64,000 bases of DNA, taken from contig NMRA01000127.1 of assembly GCA_002633005.1 (NCBI GenBank), positions 566,438 through 630,437 on the forward strand, given 5' to 3'. This DNA is from Phoronis australis (taxonomy: Eukaryota > Animalia > Phoronida). This document shows, piece after piece, positions 50,501-62,500 of this stretch (the stretch's first letter is position 1; the number at the start of each line of letters is the position of its first letter). The notes under the pieces were generated by a model. It had not been told where the DNA came from. It did no database searches and saw only the letters and a list, made by a program, of their open reading frames with translations. The translations under genes were made by a program, and so were the position numbers.

Positions 50501-53500
50501 TGTTGACCAGTTTGAAAGCTTCTATTTTTCAAATATTTTGACTCTTGGTGTCTTATATGCCCAATAAGAGAGTTGAATGTTTATTTTAATAAAGTAATGG
50601 TCATTCAGTTTCATTTATGGATGTTCATCAAGTGGTCTCGAGTTTTTACATGTTTTGTTGAAGTCTCGGATATGGTGCTGTCTGCAGTGGCTTTTGTTAC
50701 AGTTCAGTTACAGCATCATTCTAATAACGGTGGTCGGTGTGCATTTTTGTAGTAAATCAGGAGATTCTTTGGGCATTTACAGCTTGTTTGTTAACTTTAC
50801 ACTCTATTTGTTTAGAAATAACAACTGAATTTCTAACACTTTGTTTAATCTCAATATGTAGTATATGTCATGTCAAGTAACCTCCTGTCAGTGACTAAGT
50901 ATTAGAAAGTCTTAGTGTACAAATGTAACTGAAGGTGTCACTGGTGAACCTTTTTCAAATTTCAAATCTCATAAACTCTGAGTATGAAAACTTGAGGCTG
51001 GCTTCCACGCCATCATTGGTCGTTATCTGTGGTTATGGTATAAAATTTATAATTGCGTTTTGGGTGTCGGGGAAGTGTGGATATACAAAAATAAATGATA
51101 TTGTTCACTGTTTTCATTTTCTAACAAATTTTAATGCTGACACTAACCCTTGTGTAATCCAGCGTCAGTTGTAGAATGCATTTTGGCCATTAGCATTGAA
51201 TAATGACCGTGTAATTCTTTAATACACAACGCTGTCCTCGTTTCTTTTTAAAAACTATCCCCAAAAGATCTGAATCACACAGGCGAGTATGTATCGCTTT
51301 GAAGTATGTGGTTAATAGCTTTATTTAGCAAAATAACCTAGCAAGTTCCCTGCAGTTAAACTCTAAATATAATTCAGGATGGCTTTGTGAATAATGATTA
51401 ACAAACAAGTGAATGCAACTCATTTGCAAAAATTTATGTTTTTTTCTGAAAATTTATATACTTGTTTTTAGGCACTTCAAAGTTTGTCTAGTATTTTTAT
51501 GGCAAATACATGACACTGGTATTATCTTGGATATTTAGTGTTGTTATTATTAATATTACTTTCATATTTCAAATATTTTACTGTGGTACTCAATTTATTA
51601 GTGATAGTTTACAATACAAGAGGAGTAAAGAAACTGAAATACAAATAATCAAGAATGCATAAACAACAATCCTAACATTGTCTGTGAAGCTGTTGGTGAG
51701 TGCAAATATAGCATCTGGTGTCTCGTGTGCTTTCAGTGGATGGGAAAAGTTTTGAAGAAAACAACAACAAGCCGCTAATACACCCTGGCACAAGTTCAGG
51801 TGAGTGTTTTTTTAAAATTTGCTTTAATGCACTGTAAAAAGACGATAGCGTTGTTAAACCAGTCTGGAAGAACTTTACCATTGGGATACACCAGCGCTAC
51901 TCACTGCCACCTTAACTGTTTCTGCCAGCATCCTGGAGCGGGCCACAGGACAGGTTTATCTGGTCCAGATCCATCGCTATTCTGTAACTTGAGATGTTGT
52001 GGTGTTCTGCACACGCATGCACACATGGGTATGCGCACGCCCACACACATATACATAAGCGGGGCCCAAGGGTCTGTTTTGTGAAAAGTGAATTGAGACT
52101 CAAGTCAGAAATTTGGTCTTGCCCACTACACAACTATTTACGGAAATAATCAAATCACCTTTGAATAAAAGTGCAAAGTCTTTGTGAGAATATGCAAATA
52201 GCTGCTAATTACCGAGATAATTTCTATAAATTATCGCTAGCCTGTGATGGGCTCGTAAATACTTGACTCATAAATACCTTAAGTTTATTCAGCAGTTTTG
52301 AAGAGGGAACTGCAATACCAAATTTCTTTCTTAAAGTGCTTAAAATCACCATTTACCTTGTTTTGACGAGTGACTACATTGTCAGCATCATTAAACCTTC
52401 CTTTATAGCACTGCACATCACAACTGGGAATTCAATATCCTAAAAACAAGAGAATACGAGAAAGGTGACTTTAATTGAAACATGCCTAGCTCCAAGGACT
52501 TGAGCATAATGTATGAACGTGCCTAGCGAAAGTGTGTCATGTCTACTAAAACACGAGTTTGTACAAATTTGTGCTATATGCGCGCTTCTCTGATGTCTCG
52601 CAAGAAAGTGAGAAGAGCCACTGCGTGCTCAATTTCTGAGTTGTCACCAAAAACACATCTCTCCATTATGTATTTATTGCTCCATAAACTTCGGGGAAAA
52701 CGAACGGCAATATCTGACATCTTTTCACAATAAGCACAATGAAGGATGACTACTTTTGTGATTGGTCCCTCCTCCCCACTCATTAAATGCTCGTAACTAC
52801 AGATTAGCTAATAATGTTTGCAGGTGTTTTAATTCCACAGCTGATCAACAGCTGGGGTTGTTTTTGGTGTTTTTGATGTGGAATTGGTGGTTTAGGCACT
52901 TAGTCGTCACTTTCATGAAACATGTCCCTAAATGCAATATCTGTTCTCAACTGCTGCCTGTGGTAACTCGCCAGTTCACAGGCTCTGCTATTCAGAATCC
53001 TCAGGTGGTAATAAAGCACTCTGATGTTGTATTTAGTCACTCAGTCCAGCTGGGACGGTTGTATGACTAAAAGCATGGTTCACAAAGAATTTCTTTCACT
53101 GACCTTGCATGTCAATTTCAAAAGGCGCATATTGTGGGTGAACACCACCGGTGATATGTCTTCAAAATTCTAGACTAGTTATCACCTCTAAGCCCAAAAT
53201 GTGTTTAATGATTACAGCTGCACTGTTGGCGTGTTGTTTCATTTTTTGAAGCGCTTGTGGTTCTGTTGCCTGAAACCTGCAGCCTTAGTTTTGGAATTCA
53301 TAAAACATTGATTACTCAAAATCATAGTGACTTTTTTAAGCTTGTTCAGACTAGCAACATTCTTGGCCAAAAAGTTACGAAAGCATCAAAATGGCCGACA
53401 CCAGGCAAGACTAACCATCAAAGTACAACAGAATTTGCTTTAAATTCGCTGTTGGTCAAAACGATTTGAATTGAGCACCACATCAGTATTTGTTGAGTCC

Positions 53501-56500
53501 TGTGAGTCGGGATAAGTATATAACATTTTATGTACACTGATTTTCCTGCTGCTGCTAAAAGCTGGCAAAAAACAACGTTTTGCTATTAATTGTTGAAGTG
53601 AATAAAAAGCAACAGGCAGACAGTTATCTACCTAATGACACAATTATAGTGGACGTGAAAGTGCTGGTAAGTTTATGTAAAGCTATGATTCCCATACAAT
53701 GTTCAAAATACAACTGAAATACTTATCTATTCACGACTCAGCACAAATTGCCGTCCAGATCTTTCTATCGGAAATTTCCATTTGTCACGATTACTGTTAT
53801 CTATCTACGTATTCCATACAACTTCATACTTATAGTTTCTGCAAATTTGCAGTGGTCGAATGACAAGGTTAAAATATGACTGGAACTGTGGCACTGAGTA
53901 ATGTTGGTGATGCAAATGCAATTTTTGATTGGAAACTGAAAAAATTCTCGCTTCTCCCAGTTCTGCAAAAGTGTGGGCTACAAAGTTGAACATGCTCAAC
54001 CTCTGTGCAGCTTATTGGTTGACAGCTGCAAATCCTCACGTGGCATGTTGCAGAGTCATTCGTACATGCAATTTTGATGTCGGCCGATGCGTCTCGAGAA
54101 TTCGTACGACACAGTTGGGCTTTGTGCATGAACCAGTTTTCCTTGAATTGGTTGCATAAATTTCAGTGAGAGTCATGTTAACCCAAGAGTTTACTGCATA
54201 GTTTTGTACTTATCTTTTGTATATACTATACTGACACTAATCTGTTTCTTATTGGCAATTGTACAAAGCTGGTTAAATAAACGTTTTCTGAAAGTTTGAT
54301 GCAAACTCACACAAATTCAGGCCAAATGCATCCATTCTCTGTTGCACATTGAGCAAAAGATTCTGCCATGAGTTTAATCAGTTTTGTTCGCAGGAAATCC
54401 TGCTGCCAAATTATTCTTGTTTTTGTAAGCACTCTAATTAGTTTTATCTTTCTGATTTATCCACCTCTTTTCTGTTAATATTTTATTTTTATGCTGACTC
54501 CCATTTGCACTTTGTTCAAAGCAGTCTATCGAGATGATAAAATATATCCAAGTTCGGACATAAATCATTGCCAAAATAAGTCTTTCAATTTTCAAAGGCA
54601 ACTTTGTTGTGAATGCCCACAGTTTCTCAAAATAGTGTTTGATGGTAGCTGTTAAAGAATTTGAAAAGGACAAAGCATTTGTTAGGTGCTTCTTGTCTTT
54701 TATGGAAAAATGGAAAATTAATATAGTTCGTTATTCGGTAATAGTCTGATATAACGTGCCCGATTTTTGAGAACCAGTTTTCTTCACTGAATAACGGGCA
54801 TCAAACGGTTCTCAAAATACTGGCACGTTATATCAGGCTATTGCCCATATTGTGTCCTAAATTGGTGAGATTTTACCACAGTTAAGGTTTACAAGGTGTC
54901 GTGCAACTGTCTTCTGTGACACTATAGATTCTGATTGAAAGGCCATCTTCTTTTTCTTTTTGCTTTTCTGTAGCCTCCAACCCAAAGCCACTGGAGGTCA
55001 ATGTAATTGAAGACAAACCCTTTCGTTCATCTTCGCTTTCGCCTCAAACTGGTAAGACCAATAGACACAAAGCTTGTGAATATGAACAAACTGATGTTTC
55101 TTTTTTCAATTTTGACTTGAAATTCATGACAGTCAAGACCGCCTTCATAATTTTCATCACCTAAGTATACTAATTGGCATGCTAAGAGCAGCTCTGTTCT
55201 ATCTCTCTCTCTATCTAACCATTTCCCTTGGATTTAATGTTGGATTTTCCTCAATTTGTTGACATCTTGCATAAACATTGTTTGGCTGTATATTTCATGG
55301 TATGGGTAGCTCTACTTGGCAGAACCAGTGGAATGGGATGATTTCGACCCTACCTGTGAGATCTAGGCTGCGATATTACGATGGTCAGAGTTCAGAAACG
55401 ACAAGCAGCTACAAGATTCTGAAGAGTTCTTTTTTGTTAATAATTTTAACATTCATCTTTAGGTGTGTGGAAGTCGAATAGCAACGCACCTTTCTTGCCA
55501 ACAGAACAACAAGATTTTCACGACAGGGGAGACAACTCGTTAAAAGACATGTCGCACATTTGGGCGCCATCAGGGAATGGCACGCTTAAAAAAGAGTACA
55601 GACCGATACGACTTGATACCTCATCGTTAGCCAATGGAAAAAAGGTAATGAGTGGTTTGTTCAGGGCTTGGAATTTTCCGCGGAAACGCGGATTTCCGCT
55701 TTTTTCAAATGTTCTGTCCGCGCATTTTATTATATTTCCGCGTAAAAAAAATCGGATTTGATATAAAATTTCTGTGGCAAATTCCTATCTTACCGCGGCA
55801 TTGCAGACGACGTTCACCTCGAAAAGCGGAAGTTGCTCTTTATGTAGCGCGCATGATTTGGGCCGGCTCTAAAAGTTTCCGCGTTTTTCGTCATTGGTCG
55901 TTCCAAGCCCTGTTTGTTCTTGTGTTCTAAACATATTGCTTCTACAAGTAGATTTTTTTCTCATCACTTCAAGCACATGCAGATCTTTTAGTAAAATTTG
56001 TTACAATAACTTTTAAGTGACACGCGGAGCATTTGATGGTTATGTTTTTTATTATGTGTGTTAGACGACTGGCATACATTTTTTCAAACTATGACAGTCG
56101 CAACTAGAAATTACCTTTTGTTGACATTTTTGCTTTTCATGTTAGGTTGTGATTTGTTCACAGTTTTTGTTCTAAATGGAAGAATTAATACCCAGCCACT
56201 GTTAAGTGTTTTTGTGTGATCCATTGGTTTTGTATATTGAATTGAAGGTTGCATTCCATTGGCTTGTTTCTCAAAGAGTCAACAGCTAGAAGTTGATGTT
56301 TTTTGGCTTTGGCTTTTAACCTGCTCCTGTGTAGGCAACGGATTTCCGTCTTTAGGCTTTGAGTTGAAGACAGGTTATCTGACTCTTGGCCTAAAATAAT
56401 TGTGCGCGGTCTGGTACACTTTGCACCAAATGTGTGCAGGCCGCTGAGGTAGGCCCACTGCCCTGTTTACTTGGAACTATTTTTATGCTTTATTAATACA

Positions 56501-59500
56501 CAGCTTCAGGCTAAGACATTAGTAGACTGATTTTTAGCCAAACGTCAAAAGACAATAGTCTCTTCGAGAAACTCCCCGGGGTTTAAAACTTTACGAGCCC
56601 AATGTCTGTTTCAGCCCATTTCCCCCCAGCCTAGCCCTGTAGCACCACCTGTACCAGCCCAGCCTAATTTCGCGTCTTCAGAGACGAGCACATTATCTTC
56701 TCTGTCCTCGCCAGGTGTTAATCCTCCACAGACTTTCAGGTAAAACATCACAGAAATAAGTGATGAATATTCTTTGACACTTTCCTCGCTTTGCATTAAA
56801 GTTATTGTCCTTTTATGTTTCATCAACTGTTCATTGCCAATTCGTTATGAATATTGCTAATTTTACCCGCATTAATTAATTGAAGTGATAATGTATGTCG
56901 GTTTGCCTGTTGTGTTAGTCTTGAAATATTTTCTCTATTCGTGTGATATTTTGGCAATGGTGGTGTTTTCTCATTGTGTGAGAAGTGCAGATGAAAGGTG
57001 TCGTCAATTGAAAGATGTCGCATAAATTGTATTTTCTGTAAATTGCAACCAACTTTGGGGTTTTTTACATGTCAAATTTTCCAACTTCATAAAACACGAA
57101 TTCAAACTGTGACAGCCATTTTCGTTATGCTACTCAAAAGGAAAAAATATTTTAGTTCAGTTTATTTTGAAAAAAGTTGATGTGTTGAAAAAGCAATAAT
57201 GAATTTTTACTAAACTTGTTACGTTGAATTTAATTTTCTGAATTTCTTTTATCTAAAATGAAGAAAAAAGAGTACTTTTAATTTCTTGTTTTCTATGTGA
57301 AGTCCTTAGTTTGACATCCCTGCTAATTGCAGTTCGGCGGCCGGTATACAGTTGTCTAATACGTCCAGTCACTTGCCAAAGAGCCAGTCACCAACCGTGA
57401 CGTTGCTCCAGAAAACTAGAGGTGAGAACGACGGGGCACGCTTCACGCATGACACGTAACATATTTGTTTTAGGTCGACTGAATCATTGCATCGGGTGAT
57501 GTTCCTCATGAGTGTAACAAAACTGGTGAACGTGTGGCAGTTTTGTTAGTTGTCATTAGAAACTCTGCCCGTTTCACAACCCTTTGTACTTAGTCAATAG
57601 ATTTGTAACCTAATGGCTATCATCGAGAATCCTGTTTATCAGGAAGTGCGATCTAAGGTCCTCTTATGTGGAGCTGAGCAAGGAATGCATAAGTGATAGC
57701 TTTGTTGGAATAAAATAAATTGATATATCGTGGACTGAAACTGGTGATTTTGCAAACAGTTTGGCTTCTAAAATTGAATTCCTTGCAAAAGTAATTTCAA
57801 TTACGATCATTTTTACTCACCGAAATAAGATAAAAATTTGGCAAAATAGATGCTTTAGGTTTTGGTTACCTGTTGATGAATTGTTGTTGGCAGTAATTCA
57901 TTGAACAGTAGTGTATGATTGGCCTGTGAGTCATGCCAGATAATAGACCCTAGGATTGCTTAACTATGCATTGGCTTGATATCTGGATTTAACGTTGATT
58001 TAGAAACCCCTGTCTCCTGGAGTTGAAAACAAACGAGAAGTCTACTTGTTTATAATCTGTTTCAGTGAAAATTTTTGCTGGCGTAGAAGGGTTGCCAAAC
58101 ACGACCAAACTGTTTGGCAGAGTTTGCTTCTATAGACTGGTTGCCAAACATGTCAAAACGTCTGCAAACTCTGGGCTTAGTCAAATTCCAACCAAAACCC
58201 TTTAGAGTTTGCCAAAGTGTACAGGGGACTATATCAAAGAAACTGCCAATGAATATGTCCATGACAACATACAAAATAGAGCTGCACCTCGAGATTTTGT
58301 ATGAGATGCGTCAGGCAACATTGCCAGATGTTCAGTCAGTTTTGCTTGCAAGAGAGGTTGTTGTCAAATAACTTCGATCTGTAACGTAGAATTAATGGTT
58401 TATAGAATATTTGAACATTCTAAGTGTTGGTGTTTTTGTCAGTACAAAAATGTTCTGTTTATCTCAACTCTTGAGCCCCCGCCTATGTATAACATTTTGT
58501 TCGCAAGATCATCAAGTGTTCCTTGATTTGCATGTATGTTGCGTTTTCACATTTCAAGCACCAAATTTTACATGGCTGATTGCGTGCTGCCAACCCTGAA
58601 AGGCTGGACTCATTCTTGAAAAAGATTGACCCTGCTTGAAACTATTGATTTTTTGCCAACAATAGCACATCGCAATCGCCTTTACCAACAGCTTTGACGT
58701 TCAAAGTTATCTGTAATTAAGAAGTTAAAAGTTTGAACAAATACCTCGAAGAAACCGTTTGGTGGCTTGTGAGTTTTGTGGCGTAATCCGCATGCTGACA
58801 GTTTTTGTTGGTGCATGACTATTTCAGATGATGTTCCGTCCCCACCATCGTATATTGGTAAGATGCTCGAGGGATAACAATGGATTGCCTCTTTAACCTT
58901 AAAGTGACTTGGTCACCGAAGTTGTCCAGAAACTATGAATTTCGATTACTGCTTTTTGACCTTTTATTTTATGGAAGACGCTGCTATTCTGAGATTTTAT
59001 CACCAGTTTTATAAGAATTTGTGTGTCGTTTTTGAGCAACTTGAAGATATTTATGAAAAAATAATGTGTTAATACAAACAGAACTTACTGGTCAATTTTC
59101 AACAATTTGTGACCAGCAATGGCAGCATTTTCTCTTTTGTGTGGATCTGAAATGCAAATGTTAACATTTTCTTTTTGGAATCATAAACTATGTTGCAAGT
59201 CACTTTTTAAGCCCCAATAACACTGCTCTAATCGTGACCAATAACCATTCCCTTGTTCATTAATATGGTATTTCTCCACTTATTAGCACAAAAATAATTA
59301 TGAAAATGGTCATTTTCTATTTTTCAAAGACTGATTACCTTTTGGAAAGTAATGCGACTTTTAACAACTTTTGTTTCATGACGCCAACAAACTACAATGC
59401 CTGCTTGCAATGGACTGAGATGTTCTTAATCATCACTTTTGTAGAGAAATTTAACAAAATAGAATTTCACTTATCGGTTATATTGTGTGCTATGTAAGTG

Positions 59501-62500
59501 AAGAATTATCGGTATATCAGTTGGCATGCTCTGCTGCTTGCTGCTTTTGGCCAGTTTCAATGCTTTAACCGCTTAATGTTGTTACTGATCAGCACTGTCT
59601 TTTGGCCAGTCACACGCTAGTTTTAGCAGCTTTTAGGCAAGGAAATAGACGGAGACTGTTTCCGCTGGAGCCATTAATTTGTCAAAGAAGATACAAGTAA
59701 TGAAAATTTGGGAATTGAGCCGACTTTAACTCTCAATATGAGGAGAAAGAAACACTTGCCAAAATGGTGCCCAAGTCACCAGTGTATTGTCACAACAGTA
59801 TCGTCTGCTTTTGTATAACCACCCACATTTGTCATTTTCAGTTCGACAACATACACCTATCTAGAGTTTCATCAAACTTTGTCAAATATTTATGGTCTCT
59901 TGGTTTTGTTTTCAAACAATCAACATTTTCAGTATCGTGACACCAACTACATTCATTTGTCAGCACAAGTTCAAATCCTGCACCTTTTGGGTTAGAGATT
60001 ATATCTTACCTATTTTTGTGTTCAGTTAAGGATTCGGAAGTTAGTTGTGAGTTGCTACCAACAAAAGTTTAATGTGCAATGCAATGGCATTTCGCAGATT
60101 AGATTCAAAGACCTTGTTATCAAGTCTAAGGGAATGGGTGAACTTTGCTGGTTCAGAGTTGAAGTATTGCTTTGCAGTAGACTTGACACATGTAGATGTA
60201 GTACCTTAACGTTTTAACTTTGACGAATTTTCTTTAAGGAGTTTTAATTTGTTTGAATTGATGTTGAATGCCACAAGCAGTTTCTGGTCATATATCTTTT
60301 GTCTTATTCTTTTAGGAACAAAACTACTTAACACTAAATGTGGTCGTGCGGGGTATTTTTTCACCTTTTTGTAGAAATCTAATGTTACTTGATTGCACTC
60401 ATTATTTTTATAAACTTTATTTTGAGCGAGCATTGCTTCAACTGTGTTTTAGTTTATTTCTTTGCATAAGCATCGGAAATTTTGGTGTGTTTGTGTGAAT
60501 TTTGTTGTTCATTCATAAAGCAGTCACATGACCTATTCCCTTTGTCTGCTTCACACAGCGGGTGAAATCCCCAAGGGGGCTGTTTACGTGGGCTCCAAGG
60601 AGATGGTGGATGGTGACGTCAAACACACGGACACGTTCTACATGTTACCAGCTCATGAGCAGACGGTCACGCGCACCATCACAGAACACAAGGCACCAAA
60701 GTATGGCGGCATTGGCCCCGTTGAGGAGGAAACAGGTGTACCTACGGGATTGAGATCTGTAAGTAGTCCAGTCTATGTAGGGACTTGGAAAGGATTTCTT
60801 GGCCACTATATAGGGAACCTTTCAAGTGGGAAATGGACAAAAACATTATTTGTAGGTAATTTGATACATCGCTTTAATGAAAATCGCCATGACTGCTGTC
60901 GCAGTTGGCTTGAAAATATACTGTTTCTTTGTTACTGTAATTTGTTTACCTTTATTCTACAAGGTGTCCCCGGCTTATTTTGGGTTTTGTTTTGAGAGTA
61001 TCTTCTTAGCTCAAGAATGTCATTACTCAAAACTAATCCATGTAGCGCTTGTGTCAAGAAACAACTGCAGTACAAGGATTGCCCCTCACGTAGTTTGTCC
61101 AGACGTACTCTGAGACAATGAGCACATCTTGGCTCTCCTTGAACTAAAAGTCTACCCCTCTGGGGCACAATGAATGCGGGTCAGTCACAATTCAACCCAT
61201 TAGAAGTCAGGGATGATCTGTGGAATATCTGTTGTTTCAACATCATGACTTTGCCGTGAACATACTGTTGTTTCGTAGTCGACACTCAAGTGGAACCGTA
61301 AACTAGTAAGCTATTGGTATTACATCACACACACACACAAATCAAATATACACCCTCCTCGTCCCCTCTCACTTTCTGCTTTGCACAGTATGTGAAGTCA
61401 GTGCTTTGCAAATAAGTTGCTTCGCAATTTATGTTTGTGTTACCAAAAAGTTGCCACTGTAGGGCAATTATTGAATGCACTGTGCACTGGAAGTGATACT
61501 AACTTGGTGTTGTTTAAAGATGCCCTTTCATACATGTTCACTAGTTTTGGTTACAGAAAGAGTTTTGTCAATTGAAACTCATTACTAAAATAGAAACATT
61601 ACGTAAATTACTGTCCTACTTTTATTTGCATTTTTGCGGGCTTTTCAGAAAAGAGGTTTTCAATGCCGTGAAACTGTGACGGCCATTTTGTTGCTGCACC
61701 ACCAAAAATTATTCAAAAAAGATGTACTTAATTCAGGTTATTCTGATAACATTTGATTACGCGTTGAAAGATTGTTTAAACTGGATTGATTTGCAGTCAA
61801 GATTGCTTTAATGTGAACTTTTTAAGTGACTGAAAAGAAGCGTAAAGAAAACCTATAGTGTTAATGCCCTGGAAAATATTACCATTAATTATTAAAGAGC
61901 TATAAATCTTACTCGCTAAATTGCAGTGAAAAAATTACCCTAATTGATCAACATCCTCAGAACTTCATTTTTTGAGAAATGTGTGAAACAAAACTCTACA
62001 AAGACATTCGGCCACACTACACTAAATCGTAGTCTTTCCACCCTTTGCAGTAATACCCTTTTTCTTTTCATTGTTTACAACTTTAACCTTTTTGTTGCAC
62101 AGTTTACTTTTTGCTATGAAACTCTAAAATTCACTATTACCTTTTACCAAACAGCTGGCAAAGCAAACCTCAGTGTGTGTTCATACTGTACAATCATCGG
62201 GGTTTTGAATTGTTAGCATTGGCTCTAATTTGTCTTGCGAATATCGCATTTTTTATATCGAACGCCTCTGCTTATTTTTAAGCAAACTTTTGCAGATTAT
62301 TCCATGATTGTGTTTATGGTGTTTAAATGTAATTCTTTGAAATGCATGCACTAACGAGTCTTCAATTTCACATACAGTATATATCAGGAAAGTGAAAATC
62401 TCACTCAGCCAAATTCCCTGCCAAAGTAGATCTCAAAAAGATGATTTTCATCTTTAGTTTTTATAAGTAGCATAAGGTTGTACTGCACAGCTATCATCAA

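Noticed and set aside
54856-54865. CArG box CCTAAATTGG, and similar matches at ~2109, ~5118 and ~27467
   Set aside because: Expected by chance at this base composition, some lie inside repeats, and there is no supporting context.
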